A stretch of 64,000 bases of DNA. Origin: the human T2T-CHM13v2.0 reference genome, Homo sapiens. Below are positions 10,666-22,700 of the stretch, piece by piece. Within the stretch, counting starts at the first letter, position 1. Each line of letters opens with the position of its first letter. The position numbers and the translations under genes were made by a program. The notes beneath the pieces are model-generated. The model saw only the letters and a list, made by a program, of their open reading frames with translations, was not told the origin of the DNA and searched no databases. The stretch lies in assembly GCF_009914755.1 (NCBI RefSeq), contig NC_060947.1; one strand, written 5' to 3'.

Positions 10666-13600
10666 ATGACAGGATCAAATTCACACATAACAATATTAAC
10701 CTTAAATGTCAATGGGCAAAATGCTCCAATTAAAAGACACAGACTGGCAAATTGGGTAAAGAGTCAAGACCCCTCAGTGTGCTTTATTCAGGAGACCCAC
10801 CTCACGTGCAGAGACACACATAGGCTCAAAATAAAGGGATGGAGGAAGATCTGCCAAGCAAATGGAAAACAAAAAAAAAAAAAAGGCAGGGGTTGCAATC
10901 CTAGTCTCTGATGAAACAGACTTTAAACCAACAAAGATCAAAAGAGACAAAGAAGGCCATTATATAATGGTAAAGGGATCAATTCAACAAGAAGAGCTAA
11001 CAATCCTAAACACATATGCACCCAATACAAGACACCCAGATTCATAAAGAAAGTCCTTAGAGACCTACAAAGAGACTTAGACTCCCACACAAGAAAAATG
11101 GGAGACTTTAACACCCCACTCTCAACATTAGACAGATCAACGAGAGAGAAAGTTAACAAGGATATCCAGGAATTGAACTCAGCTCTGCACCAAGCAGACC
11201 TAATAAACATCTGCAGAATTCTCCACCCCAAATCAACAGAATATACATTCTTCTCAGCACCACATTTCACTTATTCCAAAATTGACCACATAGTTGGAAG
11301 TAAAGGACTCCTCAGCAAATGTAGAAGAACAGAAATTATAACTGTCTGTCAGACCACAGGGTAATCAAAATAGAACTCAGGATTAAGAAACTCACTCAAA
11401 ACCTCTCAACTACATGGAAACTGAACAAACTGCTCCTTAATGACTACTGGGTACATAACGAAATGAAGGCAGAAATAAATATGTTCTTTGAAACCCATGA
11501 GAAAAAAAGACACAACACATCAGAATCTCTGGAACAAATTTAAAGGAGTGTATAGAGGGAAATTTATAGCACTAAATGCCCACAAGAGAAAGCAAGAAAG
11601 ATCTAAAATTGACACCCTAACATCGCAATTGAAATAACTGGACAAGAAGGAGCAAACACATTCAAAAGCTAGCAGAAGGCAAGAAATAACTAAGATCAGA
11701 GAAGAACTGAAGGGGATAGAGACACAAAAAACCCTTCAAAAAATCAATGAATCGAGGAGCTGGTTTTTTGAAAAGATCAACAAAATTGATAGACCACTAG
11801 CAAGCCTAATGAAGAAGAAAAGAGAGAAAAACCAAATAGATGGAATAAAAAATGATAAAGGAGATATTACCACCGATCCCACAGAAATACAAGCTACCAT
11901 CAGAGAATACTATAAACACCTCCATGCAAATAAACTAGAAAATCTAGAAGAAATTGATAAATTCCTGGACACATACACCCTCCTAAGACTAAACCAGGAA
12001 GAACTTGAATCCCTGAATAGACCAATAACAGGCTCTGAAATTGAGGCAATAATTAATAGCTTACCAACCAAAAAAGTCCAGGACCAGATGGATTCACAGC
12101 CGAATTCTACCAGAGGTACAAAGAAGAGCTGGTACCATTCCTTCTGAAACTATTCCAATCAATAGAAAAAGAGGAAATCCTCCCTAACTCATTTTATGAG
12201 GCCAGCATCATTCTGATACCAAAGCCTGACAGCGACACAACAAAAAAAGAGAATTTTAAACCAATATCTCTGATGAACACTGATGCGAAAATCCTCAATA
12301 AAATACTGGCAAACCAAATCCAGCAGCACATCAAAAAGCTTATCCACTGTGATCAAGTTGGCTTCATCCCAGGGATGCAAGGCTGGTTCAACATATGCAA
12401 ATCAATAAACATAATCCAGCATCTAAACAGAACCAAGGACAAAAACCACATGATTATCTCAATAGATACAGAAAAAGCCTTTGACAAAATTCAATAGCCC
12501 TTCATGCTAAACACTCTCAATAAATTAGGTTTTGATGGGACATATCTCAAAATAATAAGAGCTATTTATGACAAACCCACAGCCAATATCATACTGAATG
12601 GGCAAAAACTGGAAGCATTCCCTTTGAAAAGGGGCACAAGACAGGGATGCCCTCTCTCACCACTCCTATTCAACATAGTGTTGGAAGTTCTGGCCAGGGC
12701 AATCAGGCAGGAGAAAGAAATAACGTGTATTCAATTAGGAAAAGAGGAAGTCAAATTGTCCCTGTTGGCAGATGACATGATTGTATATTTAGAAAACCCC
12801 ATTGACTCAGCCCAAAATCTCCTTAAGCTGATAAGCAACTTCAGCAAAGTCTCAGAATACAAAATCAATGTGCAAAAATCACGAGCATTCTTATACACCA
12901 ATAACAGACTAACAGAGAGCCAAATAGTGAGTGAATTCCCATTCACAATTGTTTCAAGGGAATAAAATACCTAGGAATCCAGCTTACAGGGGATGTGAAG
13001 GACCTCTTCAAGGAGAACTACAAACCACTGCTCAATGAAACAAAAGAGGACACAAACAAAGAGAAGAACATTCCATGCTCATGGATAGGAAGAATCAATA
13101 TTTTGAAAATGGTCATACTGCCCAAGGTAATTTATAGATTCAATGCCATCCCCATCAAGCTACCAATGACTTTCTTCATAGAACTGGAAAAAACTACTTT
13201 AAAGTTCATATGGAACCAAAAAAGAGCCCACATTGCCAAGACAATCTTAAGCCAAAAGAACAAAGCTGGAGTTATCACGCTACCTGGCTTCAAACTATAC
13301 TACAAGGCTATAGTAACCAAAACTGCATGGTACTGGTACCAAAACAGAGATAAAGACCAACGGAACAGAACAGAGCCCTCAGAAATAATACTACACATCT
13401 ACAACCATCTGATCTTTGACAAACCTGACAAAAACAAGAAATGGGGAAAGGATTCCCTATTTAAAAAATGGTGCTGGGAAAACTGGCTAGCCATATGTAG
13501 AAAGCTGAAACTGGATCCCTTCCTTACACCTTATATCAAAATTAATTCAAGATGGATGAAAGACTTAAATATTAGGCCTAAAGCCATAAAAACCCTAGAA

Positions 13601-14500
13601 GAAAACCTAGGCAATATCATTCAGGACATAGGCATGGGCAAGGACTTCATGTCTAAAACACCAAAAGCAATGGCAACAAAAGCCAAAATTGACAAATGGG
13701 ATCTAATTCAACTAAAGAGCTTCTGCACAGCAAAAGAAACTACCATCAGAGTGAACAAGCAACCTACAGAATGGGAGAAAGTTTTTTCAATCTACTCATC
13801 TGACAAATGGCTAATATCCAGAATCTACAAAGACCTCAGACAAATTTACAAGAAAAAAACAAACAACCCCATCAAAAAGTGGGCGAAGGATATGAACAGA
13901 CACTTCTCAAAAGAAGACATTTATGCAGCCAACAGACACATGAGAAAATGCTCATTATCACCGACTTTCAGAGAAATGCAAATCAAAACCACAATGAGAT
14001 ACCATCTCACACTAGTTAGAATGGCAATCATTAAAAAGTCAGGAAACAACAGTTGCTGGAAAGGATGTGGAGAAATGGGAATGCTTTTACACTGTTGGTG
14101 GGACTGTAAACTAGTTCAACCATTGTGGAAGACAGTGTGGTGATTCCTCAAGAATCTAGAACTAGAAATACCATTTGACCCAGCCATCCCATTACTGGGT
14201 ATATACCCAAAGGATTATAAATCATGCTGCTATAAAGTCCCATGCAGATGTATGTTTATTGTGACACTATTCACAATAACAAAGACTTGGAACCAAGCCA
14301 AATGTCCATCAATGATAGACTGGATTAAGAAAATGTGGCACATATACACCATGGAATACTATGCAGCCATAAAAAAGGATGATTTCGTGTCCTTTGTAGG
14401 GACATGGATTAAGCTGGAAACAATCATTCTCAGCAAACTATCAGAAGAACAAAAACCAAACACTGCATGTTCTCACTCATTGGTGGGAATTGAACAATGA
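10666..14500 (+). pseudogene. L1 ORF2p (EN-RT), disrupted
   Basis: [17 protein letters not shown] start, [17 protein letters not shown] (FADD site). Split into at least 8 ORF pieces, the longest 382 aa. Confidence 0.95.
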
Positions 14501-14721
14501 GAACACTTGGGCACAGGAAGGGGAACATCACACACTGGGGCCTGTCATGGCGTGGGAGGAGCATGGAGGGGTAGCATTAGGAGATATACCTAACATAAAT
14601 GACGAGTTAATGGGTGCAGCATACCAACATGGCACATGTATACATATGTAACAAACCTGCATTTTGTGCACATGTACCCTGGAACTTAAAGTATAATTTA
14701 AAAAAAAAAAAAACACAAGAA

Positions 14722-14820
14722 AATCGTGTGTTTCCTATAAAGGACCTAACTAAAAGACTATAGGATGAAATTTATATACTGATATCAGAGTATTTGCTAC
14801 ACCCATCATTAGTGTTTGTC
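14722..14820 (-). pseudogene. ERV protease middle part, continuation of 8435-8563 across the L1PA insertion
   Basis: QTLMMGVANTLISVYKFHPIVF*LGPFIGN joins through the TSD (one frameshift) to LVFLSAPSHL. Confidence 0.7.
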
Positions 14821-14890
14821 TCCCCTGCAAGATTTTACAAGCGCACAACTGCCTGCTGTAGATCTCCCTTGCACAGAATGGTAGAGACTG

Positions 14891-14964
14891 CCCCATACTC
14901 TGGTCTAGTAGTTAGGATTTGGTACCCTTATTTGGAAGTGTAGGTTCAATTCCCAGTTGAGAAA
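14891..14964 (+). pseudogene. Degenerate tRNA-Glu-like relic within ERV internal sequence
   Basis: tggtctagtagttaggatt resembles the D-arm/A-box (tRNA-Glu TGGTCTAGTGGTTAGGATT) and ggttcaattccc resembles the T-arm/B-box, at tRNA spacing. The anticodon arm is decayed. Confidence 0.65.
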
Positions 14965-15072
14965 ATGAATTCTTTCAGGTTTATGATTTCTGTGACTTGA
15001 AACTCTGATAAGAGATTTGACAGAATATCTTTTTAAGACCTGTAGAGTTAAAAATAGACTTAATTGAAATTG

Positions 15073-15073
<1 letters not shown>

Positions 15074-15108
<35 letters not shown>
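15074..15108. repeat. (TG)n microsatellite
   Basis: About 17 TG units seen directly. Confidence 0.97.
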
Positions 15109-15110
<2 letters not shown>

Positions 15111-15936
15111 TTTTAAAACCTCTGTCCTTGCTCGGGAACAACAAAAACTTCTTAGTCAACAAAATTCTGTCTGTTTCTCCATTTGATTCTCTCTGTCCCT
15201 CCCTCTTGCTATTCTCAATGTGAACATGAGAGAACCTAAAATAATTTCTGACAGACTGGGATCTATTGGGAAAAACAGAAAAGGCTCCATCCTGAAGTCA
15301 GTAATCTAAGAAACAAATTAAGTTAAGAAGCCAAAATACAACTTTCTGGAAGTTAGCTGGCAAATGAAAAATCTTATAACTCTATAAGATCTGCTTTAGT
15401 CTGTGTACTTGTATGTGTCATTGTGTGTTATATTTCATTACCAAAATATATGAAAGAGCTCTAATTAATTGGTTGACTAGAATAATTAATTGGCTTAATA
15501 GAAAGAAGCACTTAAATATTTTATCAGAAAAATATAAACTTTAAATACCTTTAAATTCACATGACCTTAGCAATCTTTGGTAAATACAGTTTTGAAATTA
15601 TTGGCAAAATAAAATATAAATATCTTCAGAATTTAGACATTTAGTCTGACTTAGGCAGGTCGGATAATGTTTTTGCTAGACATTTTAAGGTTATAAACTA
15701 CTTCTATGACATTTTTGATCATTGTTTTACAGCCGTTATATTCTAGGTAAGGCCTGGGGATGTGTGGAATTAGCTGTGTTCCCTGGCTATGCTGGGAAGA
15801 GTCAGACATTGTTTGCAGCTCTGTCCTTGTCCTGAGGAGTGCAATCTAAAATATGGCTAAAAATGCTTACTTACCAGGTTTTTCACTAAAAATAAAAGTT
15901 GCTAAGAGCTAACATTGTAACTAATGTAATTGAGAC

Positions 15937-16484
15937 TGTTGGGAAGCAGGAACCCAGTAGAGCCAGAGTAATGTCACTTAAAGTTCAGCTCCATCTTGAA
16001 ACTAACAAGGCACATTCCTTGCCAGTCACGACCCACTGTTATGTTTACAGGTAAGGAAACAACTTAGTAATGCCTACAAAGATAAGCTCCTATGACAACA
16101 AAATGTCCGGATGCTGCAATATTTGAAACAATATATGCTTTCAAGATAATTATAATTATGTTTTGATGTGCTTACACACTAGAATGTCAATGATAGTTTT
16201 CTTTAAATCAACAGAATAATAAATTCTGGCATGCTCTCTGTCTACTCCCATGTAGTCACACTTAACTTAGTCTTTACATAGGCAAGACCCCTATATAAGG
16301 AAAACTTAAAACGAAGATGGTGGATTCCTCTACTTGTTTTCTGAGGACACCCTACTCTGTAATAGACTAGCTTTCAATAAACTGTCTATGCTTACTGAAC
16401 TTGTGATTAACCTTAAATTTCTTCCTGCGCAAGATGCAAGAGGCCTCTCTTGCAGTCTGGATCTGGACCTCTTTTTCTGGAAAA
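15937..16484 (+). mobile_element. ERV1 solo LTR (MER41/LTR26-like group)
   Basis: Starts tgttggg. TATA-like cctatataag, AATAAA at about 16376, MER41-group-like U5 end. 4-bp TSD agac (15933-15936 / 16485-16488). Confidence 0.8.
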
Positions 16485-17724
16485 AGACTACTAAAGAAGA
16501 CTACTAAAAGATTACTATAAGAAGAGTTGAAGGTGGTTTTGGTAAAAGGTTATAAGAAGGCATGGAAATATGTTTTTTTTGTTGTTAAAGGGAAAGAAAT
16601 GACTAATTTAGAGGTTTTAAAGAATGTTTTAAGTTTTTAAAATGATAGGATTAAATTGAAGGTTTAAGCAAGTCGTGAAAATCTTGTAGAGGATTGATCT
16701 TGTAGAGAAACTTCTGTATGTGAGCAAGTTGGCTAAAATTTGAAGATTACTTAGTTTTTCCATAAATAGAACATTAATATAAAAAGCACACTGATACAGA
16801 CTCAGAATTTGAGCTACTGTGTTTGAAGAACAGAGTTTTCTTGGAGCATTGATGTTTTCTTTAAATATATAGATATGGTTAGGCAAAGTGTATGGAAACC
16901 TTACCTTTTGTTCAAACTTATTTAATGGATTGGATTGGCTTTAATAAGGCTTTATTAAAATTAGCTTTGACATTAATAATGCACTAACACAAAAGTAAAA
17001 TTGGTTGAATAAGATCTTCATGTAATATTAAGAGAAAATGATTATTGCTTGTCTTTTGAGTAAACAGCAGGAAAAGAAAAAGGAAAGAGGGAAGAGAGAT
17101 GAAATAGATTCAAATGGCCTCATGCTATCTTATTGGGATTTGCTGTTTGGAAAGCTGAGTTTTCTCTCTGTCAAAGAGTAAAGGGTTTTACCTTTTCAAA
17201 ATTTTTGAGATATTACTTCAGGTAAAAAAAAAATGATCTGTGAACCTATTTTGTGGTATCAAGTGTTTTAAACATTTGATATTTGGCAAAATTTCCAAAA
17301 TCCAGTTCTTAATCTAGTCCTTTTGACCTCATTGACATTTTAGGTACTAGTCCCCACGAAGTCCAAAAGAGACATATTTGCTTATTTAGTATGATAAAAT
17401 CATACAGGAAGCACAATCAAGCCTGAAATGGTGTTTGGCTTTCTTTGGGTTTTATTTGTATGAATGTGTTATTGATGTGCATTTCAGAATTGTACTAGAC
17501 TCCTATAATTTTTATCAAACTTAATGTATGTTATCAGTAATAATTATAAATGTTATCTTAAATTGCATACCACAAAAATACCAAATTTATTTGTCAACTG
17601 TGTCTTTAACCATGTCTGTTTTAAGACTTTAGTCATCCACAATTGTTTCACTTTACTCCTTTTCAAAATGACATTTTATAATCAGCTGAAGAATTTTGGC
17701 AGGTGCTCTTGAATACATGTTTCT

Positions 17725-19734
17725 ACTATTTTATTAATCTTTGTTTTAGATTCTGGGGTACATGTGCAGGTTTGTTATATAGGTAAATTGAATGTCATGG
17801 AGGTTTGGTGTACAAATTATTTAATCACAGGGGTGATAAGCATAATACCCAATAGGTAGTTTTTTATTCTCTCTCTCTTCCCATCCTCCACCCTCAAGTA
17901 GACCTTAGTGTTTTTTATTCCCTTCTTTCTGTGCATGTGTACTCAATATTTAGCTTCTAATTATAAGTGAGAACATGCAGTATTTGGTTTTCTGTTCCTG
18001 TGATAGTTTACTTAGGAAAATGGCCTCCAGCTCCATCCATACTCCTGCAAAGAACATTCTCTCATTCTTTTTTAGGGCTGTGTAGTATTACATTGTATAT
18101 AAGCATCACATTTTCTTTATCCAGTCTACCATTGACAGGTATGTAGGTTGATTCCATGTCTTTGCTACTCTAAATAGTGCTTCAGTTAACATACATGTCC
18201 ATGTGTCTTTATTATAGAATAGTTTATATTCCTTTGGGTATATACCCAACCACTGAATTATTGTGTCAAATTATAATTCTGTATTAAATTATTTAAGAAA
18301 TTACCACATGCCTTTTGAGAATGGCTGAACTAATTTGCATTCCCACGAGTAGTGCATAAGCATTGCCTGTTCTCCGCAACCTCACCAGCATTGTTTTTTT
18401 TTAACTTTTTAATAATAAACATTCTAACTGATGTAAGATGGTATTGCATTGTGATTTTTATTTGCATTTCTCTAATGATTAGTGATATTCAGCATATTTT
18501 TCAAATACTTCTTGACCACATGGATGTCTTCCGTTGAAAAGTGTCTATTTGTGTCCTTTGCCCACTTTTTAATGCGGTTGTTTGCTTTTTGCTTGTTAAT
18601 TTAAGTCCCTTATGTATTCCGGGTATAAGAACTTTGTTGGATTCATATTTTGCAAATACTCTTCCTATTCTTTAGGTTGTCTGTTGATTCTTTGATAGTT
18701 TCTTTTGCTTTGCAGAAGCTCTTTAGTTTAATTAGGTCTCATTTGTCAATTTTTGCTTTTGTTGCGATTGTTTTTGGCATCCCCTTCATGAAATCCTTGC
18801 CAGAACCCATGTGCAGAATGATATTTCTTAGGTTAACTTTCAGGGAGTTTATATCAGTTTTACATTTAAGTCTTTAATTTATTTTGAATTAATTTTTGTA
18901 TATAGTATAAGCAATGGGTCCAGTTTCAATATTCTGAATAGGGCTAGCCAGTTATCTAAGCATCATTTAGTGAACTCGAGTTTCTTTTCCCATTGCTTCT
19001 TTCATTGACTTTGATGAAGATCAGATGGTTGTAGGTGTGAGGTATTATTTCTGGGTTCTATATTCTTTTCCATTGATCTGTGTGACTGTTTTTGTTCTGG
19101 AACCATGCTTTTTTGGTTACTATAGTCTTGTAGTATAGGTGAGTTAGGTAGCATAATGCCTCAAGCTTTTTGTTTGTTTGTTTGTTTAGAACTGCTTTGG
19201 ATATTCAGAGTTTTTTATGGTTCCATATGAATTTTAGGGTTTTTTTCTTAATTTGTGAATATCATTAGTAACTTTGTAGAAATAACCTTGAATCTGTAAA
19301 TTGCATTGGGCAGTATGACCATGTTAACAATATTGATTCTTACTATCCATGAACATAGATTGCATAATTTAATTGCAATGAACATGAGCATAATTTCATT
19401 GTTTGTGTCATCTCTGATATCTTTCAATAGTGTTCTGTAATTCCCATTGTAGAGACATTTCACCACCCTGGTTAGCTGTATGTCAAGGTATTTATTCTTT
19501 TTGTTGAAATTTTGAACAGTTTTGGGTTTTTTATTTGGCTCTGAGCTTGGAAGTTTTTGGTGTACAAAAAATGCCACTGATTTTTCTGCATTGATTCTGT
19601 ATCCTGAAATTTGTTGAAATTTTTATCAAATCTGGGAGCTTTTGGGCAGAGACTATGGGGATCTTTAGAGACAGAATCATATCTTCAACAGAGATAATTT
19701 TACTTTCCCTCTTCCTCTTTGGATGCCTTTTATT

Positions 19735-19765
<31 letters not shown>

Positions 19766-22700
19766 CGTTGCCTCATTGCTCTGGCTAGGATTTTCAGTTC
19801 TATGTTTAATAAGAGTGGTGAGAGTAGGCATCCTTGTCTTGTTCCAATTCTCAAAGGAAATTCTTCCACCTTTTACTCATTCAGTATGTTGACTGTGGGT
19901 TTGTAATAAATGTGTGTTGATGGTATGTTTTATTTTGAGTTATGTTTATTCAATGACTAGTTTGTTGAATGTTCTTAGCATGTAGGGATGGTACATTTTC
20001 TCAACACCCTATTCTGCATATATTGAAATGATCATGTGGTTGTTATTAGTTCTGTATATGTGATGAATCACATGTATTGATTTGTGTATGTTGAGCCACC
20101 CTTGCATCCCAGCAATAAAGCCTAATTTATCATGGTGGATTAGATATTTGATGTGCTGCTGTATTTGTTTGGCTAGCATTTTGTTGAGGATTTTTGCTTT
20201 TTTGTTCATCAAAGATACTGGCCTGAAGTTTTCCATGTTGTTGTTGTTGTTGTTGTGTCTCTTCCAGGTTTTGATCTCACAATATTGCTGGCCTCATATA
20301 ATAAGTTAGGGAAGAGTGTCTCCTTAACTTTTTGGAATAGTTTCAGTAGGAATAGTACCAGCTCTTCTTTATACATGTGTTAGAATACTGCATTGTATTC
20401 ATCTGCTGCTGGGGTTTTTCTGGTTAGTAGGCTTTTTATTACTAATTCAATTTCTATTCTCATTATTATTCTGTTCAGGTATTCCCTGTGTTCTTGGTTC
20501 AGTCTTGGGAGGGTCTATGTTTCCAATAATTTATCTTCTGTATAGAGGAGGTCTGAGGGTTTTATTTTTTATTTCTGTAGGGTCTCCTTTAACATTTTTG
20601 ATTAAATTTATTTGACTATTCTCTCTTTTTATCTTTATTGGTCTAGCTAGTATTCTATCAATGTTATTTATTCTTTCAAACAAACAAACTCCTGGATCCA
20701 CTGATCTTTTGTATGAATTTTCACATCTTAATTTTCTTCGGTTCAGCTGTGATTTTGGTTACTTCTTGTCTTCCACTAGCTTTGGGATTGGTTTTTCCTT
20801 GTTCATCTGGTTTCTCCAGATGCGATGTTAGATTGTAAATTTGAGATGTTCCTTACATTTTGATATAGGCTTTCAGTGCTATAAACTTCCCTTCTGACAC
20901 TGCATTAGCTGTGTCCCAGAGATTCTTATATGATGTAATTTTGTTTTCATTAGTTTTGTTTACCCACAAGTCATTCAAAAGAAGGTTATTTAATTTCCAT
21001 GGAATTTTATGTTTTTGAGCCATTTTCTTTTTATTGTTCTCTATTTTTGTTGTGCTGTGGTCTGTGAGTGTGTTTGGTATGACTTCTTTTTTTGTATTTA
21101 CTGAGGATTTTTTAATGTCCAATTGTGTGGTTGATTTTAGAGTATGTGCCATTTGCAGATGAGAATGATATATATTCTGATGTGCCTTGGTGTAGGGTTC
21201 TGTAGATGACTTTTAGGCTCATTTGTCAAGTGTTGAGGTCAGATCTAAATATACTTGTCAGTTTTCTGCCTTAATGATGTGCCTAATATCGTTTCTGGGG
21301 AGTTGAAGTCTCCAACTATTATTGTGTGGTTATCTCAGTCTCTTAAAACGTCTCTAAGAACTTGGTTTATAAATCTGGGTGTTCCTGTGTTGGCTGTATA
21401 TTTCACATTTAGGATACTTAGATTTCCTTGTTGTAATGAACCTTTTACCATTATTTAATGTCCTTCTTTGTCTTTTTGATCATTGTTTGTTTAATGTCTG
21501 TTTTGTCTGAAATTAGAATAGAAACTCCTGCTTTTTTCTGTCGTCAGTTTGTTTGGTAGATTTTTCTCTATCTCTTTACATTTAGCCTATTGGTGTCATT
21601 GCAGTGACATGGGTCTCTTTTGGACAGCATACAGGTGAATCTTGTTTCTTTATCCAAATTGCCACTCTGTGCCTTTGGATTGGGGCATTTAGCCCAGTTA
21701 CATTCACGGATAATATTGATATGTGCAGATTTGATCTTGTCAATGTGTCATTAGCTGGTTATTATGAAGATTTTCTTGTGTGGTTACTTCATACTGTCAA
21801 TTGTCTATGTACTTAAGTGCGTTTTTGTGGTGGCTGGTAACAGTCTTTTTTATATTTAGCATGCCGTTCAGAACCTCTTGTAACACAGGTCTGGTGGTAA
21901 CAATGAGCATATGCTTGTCTGAGATGGATCTTATTTCCTCTTGGTTTATAAAGCTTAGTTTGGCTGGATACGAAATTCTTGGTTGGAATTTATTTTCTTT
22001 AAGATGTTTAATATGGGTCCCCTATCTCTTCTGCTTTGTGGGGTTTCTGCTTTAAGTTCCTCTGTTATCCTGACAGAGTTCCCTTTGTAGGTAACTCGCC
22101 TTATTCTAGGTGTCTTTAATTTTTTTTTTTTTTTTACACCTTTGCCCTGGAGAATCTGATGACTATGTGTCTTGGGGATGCTCATTTTTTATAGTATCTC
22201 ACAGGGATTCCCTGCATTTTCTGAATTTGTATGTGATGCTCTCTAGTGAAGTTGAGAAAATTTGGGAGATGATATGTTTTCCACACTACCAGCTTTCTCT
22301 CTATCTTTAAGGGATGCCAATGAATCACAGATTTTGAATCTTTACCTAATCCCATATTATTGGAGGTCTTGTTCATTCTTCTATATCAGTTTTGTTTATT
22401 TTTGTCTGACTGAGTTATTTCTGAGAACCAGTCTTCAAGCTCTGAGATTCTTTCCTCAACTTTGTCAATTCTGCTGTTAATACTAGTGATTGCATTATGC
22501 AATTCTTGGGGTGAGTTTTCCAGCTCTTTCAGATGCATTTGGCCATTTCACCTTTTATCTCCTGCATTGTTTTATTATATTCCTTAGATTTCTTGGATTG
22601 GATTTTGAGTTTCTCCTGGATGTTGATAATCTTTATTTCTATCTATATTCTGAGATCTATTTCTGTTATTTTAGCTATTTCAGCCAGGTTAAGAACCATT

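Larger units (their letters stand above)
8564..14707 (+). mobile_element. Full-length L1PA (about L1PA4-6), coding-defective
   Basis: Has the 5'UTR start (ccaaggtggccaaataggaacagctccagtctacagc), ORF1, ORF2, 3'UTR and poly(A). TSD aaagaaacactaga (8550-8563) / aaaaaaacacaaga (14708-14721). Confidence 0.97.

Noticed and set aside
8564-14707. Retrotransposition-competent L1
   Set aside because: Both ORFs contain stops and frameshifts.
14891-14964. Functional tRNA gene
   Set aside because: The acceptor stem and anticodon arm do not pair properly, so it is kept only as a relic.
19531-19906. Poly-Gln and poly-Cys ORFs
   Set aside because: Translations of a (TTG/CAA)n microsatellite in dead L1 ORF2.
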